A stretch of 64,000 nt of DNA, taken from assembly GCA_947164795.1 (NCBI GenBank), contig CAMUXV010000001.1:20580-84579 (forward strand). Reading direction: 5' to 3'. Position 1 is the first letter of the stretch; each line of letters begins with the position of its first letter. The DNA is from an uncultured Bacillales bacterium (GTDB lineage Bacteria; Bacillota_I; Bacilli_A; RF39; UBA660). Below the pieces are notes generated by a model. It was given only the letters and a program-made list of their open reading frames with translations, did not search any database and had not been told where the DNA came from. Below are positions 9,833 to 19,420 of the stretch, in pieces. The position numbers and the translations under genes were made by a program.

Positions 9833-11299
9833 ATGGAAAGAACTGAACAAGAATTAGTAAGAATAGATAAGGTTAGTAAGATAAGAGAGTATTGTAACCC
9901 TTATCCAGAAAAATATGAAAAGACGCATTCTTTAAAAGCTGCTAAATTATTAGAAGATGGTACTCTTAATGTTAGAATAGCAGGTAGAATTGTCTTTATG
10001 AGAAAGATGGGTAAACTTAGTTTTCTTAGAATTAGAGATATTGAAGGGGATATGCAACTTGAAATTAAAATTGATGAAGTTGGAGAGGAAAAATATGCTT
10101 TTTTTAAATCTTTAATTGATTTAGGAGATTTTATTGGTGCTGAAGGTGAAATATTTACTACTCAAACTGGTGAAAAGACTCTTAGAGTTAAATTTTTTGA
10201 ATTTTTAGGTAAAGCCCTTAGACCTCTTCCAGAAAAATTTCATGGATTGACTGATACAGAAATGAAATATAGACAAAGATACGTTGATTTGATTACTAAT
10301 GAGGAATCTAGAAAAGTATTTTTAGGTAGAAGTAAGTTATATGCTTATATCCATAAGTTCTTAGGAGAAAATGGTTTCTTACAAGTAGAAACTCCAATAC
10401 TACAGAATGCTGTTTGTGGTGCTTCTGCTAGACCATTCTATACACATCATAATGCTTTAGATATGGATTGTAATCTTAGAATTGCTCCAGAGACTTATTT
10501 GAAACAATGCGTAGCAGGTGGATTTGATAGAGTATATGAACTTGCTAAATGTTTTAGAAATGAGGGTATGGATCCACAACATTTACAAGAGTTTACTCAA
10601 GTGGAATGGTATGCTTCTTATTGGAATTTTGAAGACAATATTAAATTCTATCAAGAATTTATAAGAGGACTTCTTATGGAGCTAGTAGGTAGTACTACCA
10701 TTGAATATAATGGTCATACTTTAGATTTTGGCAAAGAGAATTGGAAGAAAATTAATTATGTAGATACGATGAGAGATGTGTTTGGATTTGATTTCTTAAG
10801 TATAGAAGAACCTAGTGAATTAAAGGATAAAATAGTAGAAAAAGGTTTATTTAGTTATAATGATTTGGAAGATTATCATTCTTTAAGTCAAATTATTGAT
10901 TTCTGCTACAAGAAATTTGTAAGAGCGGATATTATAGAACCTACTATTATATATAATTATCCAGCTGTACTTATGCCATTAGCTAGAAGAAATGATAGTG
11001 ATGAAAGAATAATTGATGTATTCCAAGTAATAGTTTGTGGTACTGAGCTTTGTAAGGCTTATTCAGAACTTGTTAATCCAGAACAACAGAGACAAACTTT
11101 TGAAGATCAGTTAAAAGCTAAAGCTCAAGGTGATGATGAGACTATGGATGTTGATGAGGGATTTCTTTCTGCGATGGAACAAGGTATGCCTCCAGTATCT
11201 GGTTTAGGTTTTGGAATAGATAGACTTCTTATGATTATTTATAATCAACCTTCTATTAGGGATGTTGTATTATTTCCTCAAATGAAGGATAAAAAATAG
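9833..11299 (+). CDS. lysS: lysyl-tRNA synthetase (class II)
   Basis: N-terminal OB anticodon domain and class II motifs (FRNEG, GLGIDRL). Confidence 0.95.
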   Translation: MERTEQELVRIDKVSKIREYCNPYPEKYEKTHSLKAAKLLEDGTLNVRIAGRIVFMRKMGKLSFLRIRDIEGDMQLEIKIDEVGEEKYAFFKSLIDLGDFIGAEGEIFTTQTGEKTLRVKFFEFLGKALRPLPEKFHGLTDTEMKYRQRYVDLITNEESRKVFLGRSKLYAYIHKFLGENGFLQVETPILQNAVCGASARPFYTHHNALDMDCNLRIAPETYLKQCVAGGFDRVYELAKCFRNEGMDPQHLQEFTQVEWYASYWNFEDNIKFYQEFIRGLLMELVGSTTIEYNGHTLDFGKENWKKINYVDTMRDVFGFDFLSIEEPSELKDKIVEKGLFSYNDLEDYHSLSQIIDFCYKKFVRADIIEPTIIYNYPAVLMPLARRNDSDERIIDVFQVIVCGTELCKAYSELVNPEQQRQTFEDQLKAKAQGDDETMDVDEGFLSAMEQGMPPVSGLGFGIDRLLMIIYNQPSIRDVVLFPQMKDKK

Positions 11300-11399
11300 T
11301 ATAAATGCATGAAAAATAAGGGAAAAAATAGCGTTTTTTCTCTTTTTTTTGTTTACAAGCTTTTTATTTGTGGTATAATTGATGTTAGAGGAGGTTATT

Positions 11400-12845
11400 A
11401 TGAAAAAACATAGTTTATTTAAGGTAATATTAATTGTTTTAGGTGCACTTGTATGTGTTAACGGTATACTTGCAATTATTGGTAACTTTGTTAAAGATTT
11501 AGAGGTATTTAAGATGATACCACTAGGAGATACATTACTTAACTTTGTTCAATCATTTTATTATTTCTTTGATACTCTAGTATTTGTATTAGTACTAGGA
11601 GGATTCTATGCAGTACTTAGTAAAGTACCTGCTTATAAGAAATTAGTAGATAATATTGCACAAAAAGTTAAATCTCATAGTAAATTATTTGTATTTATTG
11701 TTACTGGTTTATTTGCAGTACTTACTTCTGCTACTGGATTAACTAATGTATTATTAGTGTTTGTTCCTTTTGTAGTAGCCATTATATTACTTCTTGGATA
11801 TGATAAACTTGTTGCTATTAGTTCTACTGTTGTGGCTATGCTAGTAGGTCTTATGGGTGGAGTATTTGTAACTTTTAGGGATGCAAATAGCTACTATGGA
11901 TATGCAGCTACTACATTTGCTAAATTTACTGGTGCTAAAGAATATGCTAATTTAGTACCACAATTAGTTATACTTGTACTTGGAACTGCACTTCTTATAT
12001 TCTTTATTAATAGACATATTAAGAGTGTACAAGATAAGAAAGTTAAATATGAACTTAATGATAGTGATGAAGTCGTTGTATCTGAAGTAAAAGGTGATTA
12101 TAAGACTATTAAAACTTGGCCTATTATTGTTATTTTATCAGTATTATTTGTTATATTAGTACTTGGATATTTACCTTGGAACTCTTTATTTGGTATTGAA
12201 TGTTTTGATAAATTTGATACTTGGTTAAAGGGTATTAAAATTGGTGAATTTGCAGTGTTTTCTAATGTAATATCTGGTAATTTGAGTGCTTTTGGTGCTT
12301 GGGCTAGTTTAGGTTCTTACATGTCTATCATTATTACTTTATTTATTCTTACTCTTATTATTAAATTAATATATAGAGTTAAGTTTGATGAAGTTATTGA
12401 TGACTTTATGAGTGGAGCTAAAAAGATGGTACCTATGGTATGTTTAATTGCTTTAAGTTATGCAATTCTAGTTTGTGCTTATAATTTTGGATTTATGTCT
12501 AACATAATTACTTTAGTTAGTGATAAAATTGGATTAAATCTTGTTACTAGTACTTTACTTAGTGCTATTGGTACACTACTTCATAGTGATTTATATTATA
12601 CTGCTGCTGGAGTATTTTCTAATATTACTGCTAATGCAGATGAATCATTATTATCTACATATGCTATGACTTACCAAAGTATATATGGACTTGTTAGTGT
12701 AATTGCTCCAACTAGTTTATTTGTTGTATTTGCACTTAAGTATTTTGATGTTCCATATACTTCTTGGGTTAAATACATATGGAGATTTGTATTAATGTTA
12801 TTCTTACTTGTAATTTTAGTATTACTTGTTCTTTCATTAATATAA
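11400..12845 (+). CDS. polytopic membrane protein, putative transporter (family not resolved)
   Basis: >10 hydrophobic segments; GGAGG RBS before ATG 11400. Confidence 0.55.
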   Translation: MKKHSLFKVILIVLGALVCVNGILAIIGNFVKDLEVFKMIPLGDTLLNFVQSFYYFFDTLVFVLVLGGFYAVLSKVPAYKKLVDNIAQKVKSHSKLFVFIVTGLFAVLTSATGLTNVLLVFVPFVVAIILLLGYDKLVAISSTVVAMLVGLMGGVFVTFRDANSYYGYAATTFAKFTGAKEYANLVPQLVILVLGTALLIFFINRHIKSVQDKKVKYELNDSDEVVVSEVKGDYKTIKTWPIIVILSVLFVILVLGYLPWNSLFGIECFDKFDTWLKGIKIGEFAVFSNVISGNLSAFGAWASLGSYMSIIITLFILTLIIKLIYRVKFDEVIDDFMSGAKKMVPMVCLIALSYAILVCAYNFGFMSNIITLVSDKIGLNLVTSTLLSAIGTLLHSDLYYTAAGVFSNITANADESLLSTYAMTYQSIYGLVSVIAPTSLFVVFALKYFDVPYTSWVKYIWRFVLMLFLLVILVLLVLSLI

Positions 12846-12859
12846 TATATTAAATAATT

Positions 12860-12890
12860 AGATGTCTCTTAGGAGATATCTTTTTTTAAA
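12860..12890 (+). terminator. rho-independent terminator (GATGTCTCTTAGGAGATATC + T7)
   Basis: hairpin plus T-run read from sequence. Confidence 0.5.
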
Positions 12891-12922
12891 AAAAATAATA
12901 TAAATAGTATAGGAGGATTATA

Positions 12923-13129
12923 ATGGCAATTACTAAAGAGTATTTAGAAAGTTTGAATTATGAAGAATTATTAGAATTATATAAAAAGTATGATAAGATG
13001 GGACATGATATTCTTAGATTTAATTTAGATTCTGGTATTGAAGTTCTTCATGATGCAGATATAATTGATGCAGAAATTAAAAGTAGGGAACATATAATAA
13101 ATAAAAGTAAAAAGAAAATAAAAAAATAG
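12923..13129 (+). CDS. small hypothetical protein (68 aa), paralogous N-terminus to ORF 14012
   Basis: AGGAGG RBS; N-terminus KEYLESLNYEELLELYKKY resembles EKYLESLGDGELHLLINYY of 14012 ORF; own terminator 13136-13165. Confidence 0.4.
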   Translation: MAITKEYLESLNYEELLELYKKYDKMGHDILRFNLDSGIEVLHDADIIDAEIKSREHIINKSKKKIKK

Positions 13130-13296
13130 TATATGGATATCTCGTAAGAGATTTCTTTTTTTAGTGCTATTATTGAATTATTTTATTTTTATAATAAGTT
13201 TGTCAACAAGATTGTTGATAGACTAAATTATTCTGTAATTATATGGAAAAAAAGCACATATTATGGTATAATATATATAGGTTGAGGGTGATAGCT

Positions 13297-13905
13297 ATGC
13301 TTAATAATAAGCTTGGAATAACTAATGAAGTTGAACTATCTAAAGAAGAAGAGAAAATAACTAAATTAAAAGCGTTAGAGTTATTTGATTCAAAAAAAAT
13401 AGATGAATTTGAAGTTGGTACAACTAATGGATTATGTATGATTCATAAGTTTTTATTTGATGATATTTATGATTTTGCAGGAAAAATTAGAAAAGATAAT
13501 ATTGCTAAGGGTAATTTTAGATTTGCTTCTGCTATGTATTTAGAAGATGTTTTATCTAAAATTGATGAAATGCCACAAGATAGTTTTGAAAATATTATAA
13601 AGAAATATGTGGAAATGAATATAGCACATCCTTTTAGAGAAGGTAATGGCAGAAGTACTCGTATTTGGCTTGATATGATATTAAAAAAAGAAATAGGTAA
13701 AGTTATTGATTGGGGGAGTGTTCCTAAAGATGAATATTTACTTGCTATGGAAAGAAGTCCAGTTAAAGATACTGAGATAATGATTCTTCTTAATAATGCT
13801 TTAACTGATAAAGTTAATGATAGAGAAGTATATATGAAAGGTATTGATGTAAGTTATACATATGAAGGATATAATACATATACAATGGATGAGTTAACTT
13901 GTTAA
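13297..13905 (+). CDS. fic: Fic-family AMPylation protein, class III (C-terminal inhibitory helix)
   Basis: [12 protein letters not shown] Fic motif; C-terminal SYTYEG = S/TxxxE(G/N) inhibitory motif; GAGGGTG RBS before ATG 13297 (ORF track starts 13243). Confidence 0.85.
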   Translation: MLNNKLGITNEVELSKEEEKITKLKALELFDSKKIDEFEVGTTNGLCMIHKFLFDDIYDFAGKIRKDNIAKGNFRFASAMYLEDVLSKIDEMPQDSFENIIKKYVEMNIAHPFREGNGRSTRIWLDMILKKEIGKVIDWGSVPKDEYLLAMERSPVKDTEIMILLNNALTDKVNDREVYMKGIDVSYTYEGYNTYTMDELTC

Positions 13906-14011
13906 TAAAACTAAGAAATTTTTTTAGTTTTTTTCTGTTGTAATTATTTCTTGACAGTAGTATTTATTTTGATTATAATAGTAATTACTTATACGAGAGG
14001 AGATATTACAT

Positions 14012-14266
14012 ATGGAAAATTTAGAAATAGATGAGAAATATTTGGAAAGCTTAGGTGATGGGGAATTACATTTACTTATTAATTATTACAGTAATTTAAT
14101 CAAAGAATTAAAATTTGAAAAAGAACAGGAAGAAGCAAAATATCGTAAAGAATGGCAAGAATTGATAGATAAATATGAAAGAGAATATTTAAAACCGAGA
14201 ATTAAATTACTTTTTTTAACTGTTAATAAAAAAATGAACTTAGGGAGAAAGCTAGGTAAGATATAA
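14012..14266 (+). CDS. small hypothetical protein, possibly N-terminal fragment of a frameshifted longer gene (open frame continues 14260-14500 without start codon)
   Basis: 84-aa ORF followed by 77-codon ATG-less open frame in -1 frame. Confidence 0.35.
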   Translation: MENLEIDEKYLESLGDGELHLLINYYSNLIKELKFEKEQEEAKYRKEWQELIDKYEREYLKPRIKLLFLTVNKKMNLGRKLGKI

Positions 14267-14583
14267 AAGGAATATATGTAGATAAAGAAAAACTTTCAAA
14301 TATAAAAAATGAGATAGAAATTGCTTGGCAAAAAATAGATATGATTAATAAGATAATTGAGGAAAGAAAAAAGATAAAATGTAGAGAGGTTGATGCGAAA
14401 TTATTTGTCAAATCAAAACAAGTAATAACAAATCCTTTAGATACTGTTGTTACAACAAGTATTCCAATACAAGAAAGATTTTCAAGATCAAAGAAAAGAT
14501 AAATTAAGGGCTTTAAATAAAGTTCTTTTTTTATTTAGTATTAAATAATATTAATGGATATTCTTAATAGAAGACAAAGGAGG

Positions 14584-14620
14584 ATTAACTTGTTAATCCG
14601 GGTAGCGAAGCGGTTAATAA
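14584..14620. promoter_or_regulatory. conserved palindromic element ATTAACTTGTTAAT + TAGCGAAGCGGTTAATAA (copy A), upstream of clpC-like gene
   Basis: 6-2-6 inverted repeat; 38-nt block ~85% identical to copy at 22647-22684. Confidence 0.45.
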
Positions 14621-14712
14621 TAAATAATTATATAAAAAGTCTTTTTTTCGTGTTTAAATTTAAGTAATTTATGTCATTATATTCATAGAATAGATTATGA
14701 AAGGGGAATATT

Positions 14713-17016
14713 ATGATAGGAAACTTTAATATGGAAGCACAAAATATATTACTTAATGCTAAGAAAGAAATGAATGAATTGGGTCACCCTTATATTGGTA
14801 CTGAGCATTTACTTTTATCTATTTTAAAGAGTGATAGTGATATTGCTAGTAGACTAAATAGTTATAATCTTAATTATACTAATTTTAAAGAAGAATTATG
14901 TAAGATAGTAGGTACTACGGATAAGAAAAGTGAATATTTTTTATATACTCCTTTACTTAGAAAGGTAATAGAAAATGCTATTATTGATAGTAAAGAGAAT
15001 AATGATGGAGAAGTTACTAGTGAGCATTTATTCTTTGCTATGCTTGAAGAAGGCGAAGGTATTGCTATTAGGATTCTTATTGGTATGGGTATTGATATTG
15101 AGAGTATGTATGATGATTTTTCTTCTAGTTTAATTAAGAAAACTAAAAAGGGTAAAAAGAAAAAATTACTTATATATGATTTAGGTTTTGATATGACAAG
15201 TAATGCTAAAGAAGGACTAGTAGATCCTGTTATTGGTAGAGAAAAAGAAGTAAAAAGAGTTATGGAAATATTATGTAGAAGGACTAAGAATAATCCTATC
15301 TTAATAGGAGAAGCTGGTACTGGTAAGACGGCGATTGTGGAAGAATTATCAAGATTAATTGCTAATGATGAAGTACCTAATAATTTACTTGGTAAGAGAG
15401 TGATATCTCTTGATATGGCTACGATGGTAGCAGGTACTAAATATCGTGGTGAATTTGAAGAGAGAATGAAGAAGGTTATTAAAGAATTAGAAGATAATGA
15501 TGATATTATTCTATTTATAGATGAAATTCATACTTTAGTAGGAGCAGGTGGTGCCGAAGGAGCAATTGATGCTTCAAATATTTTGAAACCTGCTTTAGCT
15601 AGGGGTAAGATTAGATGTATTGGTGCTACTACTACTTTAGAATATAAGAAGTTTATTGAGAAGGATTCAGCATTAGAAAGAAGATTTCAAAAGGTATTTA
15701 TTGAGGAACCTAGTATCGAAGAAACTAAGAATATTCTATTTAATTTGAAACCAATATATGAGAAGTATCATAATGTTATTGTACCTGAAGATATTATTGA
15801 TAATATTGTTAATTTATCTGAAAAATATATTTTTGATAGAAATAGGCCTGATAAAGAGATTGATATTTTAGATGAAGTTTGTTCAATGGTTAGTATGAAG
15901 GATAATGATAATATTATTAAAAGAAAAAACTTAAAGAAAGAAATAAAAAAAATAGGAGAAGAAAAAAATAGTTATATTATTGATAATAATATTGATAAAG
16001 CATATGATATTAGAAAAAAAGAGACAGAACTTTTATCTCTTTTAAATGAATTAGAAATTAATTCTAATTATGATAAGAATAAAATTACAATAGAAGATGT
16101 GGCTTTTATTATTAATAGTAGGACTAAGACTCCTATATACGAAGTTATGGAAAGTAATAGTTCTTATATAGATAGTATTAAGAATAAATTATGTGGAAAG
16201 ATTATTGGTGAGGATAAAGCAATAGATAGTCTGATTGAAGTAACTAAGAGAATTAAGTTTGGACATAATGATAGAGTATATTCTCTTTTATTTGTTGGTC
16301 CTTCAGGGGTTGGTAAGAGTGAACTTTCTAAATTATATGCTAATTATTTAGTTGGAGAATCTAATTTTATTAGATTTGATATGAGCGAATATGCAGATAG
16401 CACTTCAGTTAATAAGATATTGGGATCATCTCCTGGATATGTTGGATATGATGATAATAAGAATATTTTAGAGGAGGTTAGAAATAAACCAAATAGTGTT
16501 ATTTTACTTGATGAAATAGATAAGGCACATCCTAGTGTAATTAATTTATTTTATCAGATACTCGAGGAAGGAAAAATAAAGAATTCTAAAGGAATAGATG
16601 TTAGATTCAATAACTGTATTATTATTATGACTAGTAATATTGGTTATGAAAAGAATAGTATAGGTTTTAATAAAGTTAGTGATAATAATATGTCTTCTTT
16701 AAGAAGTTATTTTAGCACTTCTTTTATTAATAGAATTGATAGTGTTATTATGTTTAATAAATTAAATAAAGATAATGTTAATGATATTATAAAGAATAGA
16801 TTACAGGAGCTTAATAATAAATATAAAAATGTTGATATTAAATATTCTGATAGTTTGTATCAAGAAATAGTAGATGCGTGTAATTATGAAGAATTTGGTG
16901 CTAGACGTATATCTAAAATAATACAGAGTAAAGTTGAATGTAAAATAATTGATGCCATTATGAATAAGGAAAGTAGTATTAATATTGGTAGTATAAAAGA
17001 AAATATCACTAGTTAA
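14713..17016 (+). CDS. clpC: ATP-dependent Clp protease ATP-binding subunit, ClpC/ClpE-like (two AAA+ modules)
   Basis: Clp_N repeat, Walker A GEAGTGKT and second VGPSGVGKS, 767 aa. Confidence 0.85.
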   Translation: MIGNFNMEAQNILLNAKKEMNELGHPYIGTEHLLLSILKSDSDIASRLNSYNLNYTNFKEELCKIVGTTDKKSEYFLYTPLLRKVIENAIIDSKENNDGEVTSEHLFFAMLEEGEGIAIRILIGMGIDIESMYDDFSSSLIKKTKKGKKKKLLIYDLGFDMTSNAKEGLVDPVIGREKEVKRVMEILCRRTKNNPILIGEAGTGKTAIVEELSRLIANDEVPNNLLGKRVISLDMATMVAGTKYRGEFEERMKKVIKELEDNDDIILFIDEIHTLVGAGGAEGAIDASNILKPALARGKIRCIGATTTLEYKKFIEKDSALERRFQKVFIEEPSIEETKNILFNLKPIYEKYHNVIVPEDIIDNIVNLSEKYIFDRNRPDKEIDILDEVCSMVSMKDNDNIIKRKNLKKEIKKIGEEKNSYIIDNNIDKAYDIRKKETELLSLLNELEINSNYDKNKITIEDVAFIINSRTKTPIYEVMESNSSYIDSIKNKLCGKIIGEDKAIDSLIEVTKRIKFGHNDRVYSLLFVGPSGVGKSELSKLYANYLVGESNFIRFDMSEYADSTSVNKILGSSPGYVGYDDNKNILEEVRNKPNSVILLDEIDKAHPSVINLFYQILEEGKIKNSKGIDVRFNNCIIIMTSNIGYEKNSIGFNKVSDNNMSSLRSYFSTSFINRIDSVIMFNKLNKDNVNDIIKNRLQELNNKYKNVDIKYSDSLYQEIVDACNYEEFGARRISKIIQSKVECKIIDAIMNKESSINIGSIKENITS

Positions 17017-17028
17017 TTAGTGATATTT

Positions 17029-18309
17029 TTATTCTACATATGGTTTTACATACATATTACTGTCCATAGATTGTACTACTTTTTTATAAGTTTCGTAAAC
17101 TGTTTTATAACTTGGTAAATATGCTTTTATTTGTTCGTTACTGAATGGTATTACATGAAAATCTCTCCATGTACTTGTGTTATAGTAGTTATAGATTAAT
17201 TCATTTTCTACATTAGTTATTTTGATAGTTGTTTTACCATCTTTGATATCTTTTTCTATCGTTAGATTAGTCATTAATTCAGTAGTACATTTATAGTTTG
17301 TACATGAATCTTTATTTTGATATTGAGCAGATATAAAATTTCCTAATGAATATATTACTAATGTATCATTTATCCATGTTACTGGTTGGATTACATGTGG
17401 GTGAGTTCCAATTATTAGATTTACTCCAAGGGAAGCTAGGTACTCTGCCATATCTTTTTCATATGCTGTTGGGGTGTGAGTGTATTCTACTCCCCAGTGC
17501 ATAGCTACAATGAGGAAGTCCACTTTATCTTTTAATCTTTCAATATCTTCTTTTACCGTTTCTTTATATGCTTGATATTTGGTATCAGTTTCTGGATTAT
17601 TTATTCTATCAGTATCTGTAGGCCATACATTGACATAGTAATCTTTAATAGTGGGCATTCCATTTGTTCCATATGTATAATTTAACATACTATACTTAAT
17701 ATTATTTATTTCTCTTATATCTATTTTATTTCTGTCTTCATCAGAACAAAAAGATCCTGTTGATAATACATTTTGTTTTGAAGTCCAATATTTACATGAA
17801 TTTTCTACGGCTTTGGAACCACTGTCCATGGTATGATTAGTAGCTAGACTTACTAAGTTAAAGCCTGCATCGATCATAGCGTCTCCTGCTTCATAAGGAG
17901 AATTAAATGTCGGATAATCATTTAAACCTAGTTCCGTTCCTCCTAGTATGGTTTCTTGATTATAATATGCTAAGTCATAATTTGATACTATTTCTTTAAT
18001 ACTTGTTATCATTGGTTTAAAATCATAACCTGAGTAGTCTGCTAATTTATTGGCATCTTTATAGACTGATGAGTGAATAAGGTTATCACCTACTGCTATT
18101 AAGGTAGCTTCATAATGTTCATCCTTTTTCTTTGGCTCTTTTTCTATTATTTTTTGCAATGTACTTGTATTATTTGATTTATAGTATTTGCTATATAATT
18201 TATATCCTATAAATAATAATATTGTTAGTATAATTAATATTAATAATATTTTAAATATGGGTTTTAATTTTCTTTTTTTTCTTCTTTTTTTCTTTGACAT
18301 AACTACCAC
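17029..18309 (-). CDS. capA: CapA/PGA_cap-family metallophosphatase (poly-gamma-glutamate/capsule synthesis-like), N-terminal TM
   Basis: MHWGVEYTHTPT... and GTHPHVIQP motifs of CapA family. Confidence 0.75.
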   Translation of the reverse strand: MVVMSKKKRRKKRKLKPIFKILLILIILTILLFIGYKLYSKYYKSNNTSTLQKIIEKEPKKKDEHYEATLIAVGDNLIHSSVYKDANKLADYSGYDFKPMITSIKEIVSNYDLAYYNQETILGGTELGLNDYPTFNSPYEAGDAMIDAGFNLVSLATNHTMDSGSKAVENSCKYWTSKQNVLSTGSFCSDEDRNKIDIREINNIKYSMLNYTYGTNGMPTIKDYYVNVWPTDTDRINNPETDTKYQAYKETVKEDIERLKDKVDFLIVAMHWGVEYTHTPTAYEKDMAEYLASLGVNLIIGTHPHVIQPVTWINDTLVIYSLGNFISAQYQNKDSCTNYKCTTELMTNLTIEKDIKDGKTTIKITNVENELIYNYYNTSTWRDFHVIPFSNEQIKAYLPSYKTVYETYKKVVQSMDSNMYVKPYVE

Positions 18310-18355
18310 TTCCTATATTAGAATTATATCAAAAATGAATATAATTGTCTATAAA

Positions 18356-18380
18356 AAATAAGAGCTTTTTAAGCTCTTAT
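18356..18380. terminator. bidirectional hairpin AAGAGCTTTTTAAGCTCTT
   Basis: perfect 8-bp stem between convergent/tandem genes. Confidence 0.4.
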
Positions 18381-19420
18381 GGTATTAATCCCCAGCCAGT
18401 TACTACGTATCTTCCACCTTGTTTTTTTGCTGCTGGTGGTGGATTATTATATAATTTCCCTTCTACTGTTAATGATGAAGATTGACCTCCATCTAGATTA
18501 GCTGCATTATAAGCTCCATATCTTTGAAGAATATCTATCATATCTTGAAGCGATGCTCCATTAATGTAATTTTCACCATCGACTACTAAAAACATTATTA
18601 CACCATCTTGTCTTTGAGCAATTGCTACTCTTGGTGCTTGTCCCCATGGGTCCCCGACTATATTTAATGGTTTTCCATTTACTATAAGGAAAGGTCCAAA
18701 TACCATTGCATCATAAATATTTGCTTGTAATGCTTCATTAGCGGTAGCATTTGTCATTAATTTTAGTTTTCCTTCTTTTGTTATTCCAATTATGTCATCA
18801 CGGGCAGTGTCTGCTTCACTTTTTCCCCAAGTTATTTCTCCATTTTGAATTACTGCTCCCATTGGAATATCTGAACCATATCCTGTATCTTGAAATCCTC
18901 CACCATTGATACATACAACACCCTTGTACCTATCACACATTGTTAGAATTCTTTCTCCTTTTCCTCCAACATTAAATTGTTTTGTAGATATTAATCTTAC
19001 TTTGTCTGGAGCATAGATAGCTACTAAATAACCATTTGATGATCCTACTTTTAAATTTATTATTTTATATAAATCATCTGGATTTTCTCTTGTAAGTAGT
19101 TCTTCTTCATATTTATCTTTATATTTTGCTTTTTCTTTGGTATTAATATTTATTGCATCGGTATCAACATCTTCTTCTAATTTTACAAAGTAGTTCTGGG
19201 ACATTATTTTTTCAATTGCCTTATCACTATAAAAAATATTGGCAAAATATTGATGGTGCATTGTTTTCATGGCGGTTGTCACATATAGATTTCTTACATA
19301 TGACCATGGGCCATACATCATTACAAAACAACATATTGCTATTATATCAAAGATGATAAACATGATGGTTGTTTTATATATTTTCTTTTTTGGCTTTCTG
19401 CTACTCATATTGCACCTCAT
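18377..19420 (-). CDS. phosphodiester glycosidase-family protein (DUF2233/NAGPA-like), N-terminal TM
   Basis: YLVAIYAPDKVRL...LDGGQSSSL pattern typical of phosphodiester glycosidase family. Confidence 0.6.
   Translation of the reverse strand: MRCNMSSRKPKKKIYKTTIMFIIFDIIAICCFVMMYGPWSYVRNLYVTTAMKTMHHQYFANIFYSDKAIEKIMSQNYFVKLEEDVDTDAININTKEKAKYKDKYEEELLTRENPDDLYKIINLKVGSSNGYLVAIYAPDKVRLISTKQFNVGGKGERILTMCDRYKGVVCINGGGFQDTGYGSDIPMGAVIQNGEITWGKSEADTARDDIIGITKEGKLKLMTNATANEALQANIYDAMVFGPFLIVNGKPLNIVGDPWGQAPRVAIAQRQDGVIMFLVVDGENYINGASLQDMIDILQRYGAYNAANLDGGQSSSLTVEGKLYNNPPPAAKKQGGRYVVTGWGLIP

Noticed and set aside
14584-14620. ATTAAC palindromes as CtsR/HrcA/LexA boxes
   Set aside because: Sequence does not match the CtsR heptad direct repeat (GGTCAAA), CIRCE (TTAGCACTC-N9-GAGTGCTAA) or the Firmicutes LexA box (CGAACN4GTTCG). 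The element is kept as an unassigned motif.
14590-14670. 26-codon TTG-initiated ORF starting inside palindrome copy A (AGGAGG + TTG)
   Set aside because: The equivalent frame in copy B hits a stop after 4 codons, so the conserved unit is the DNA/RNA element, not a peptide.
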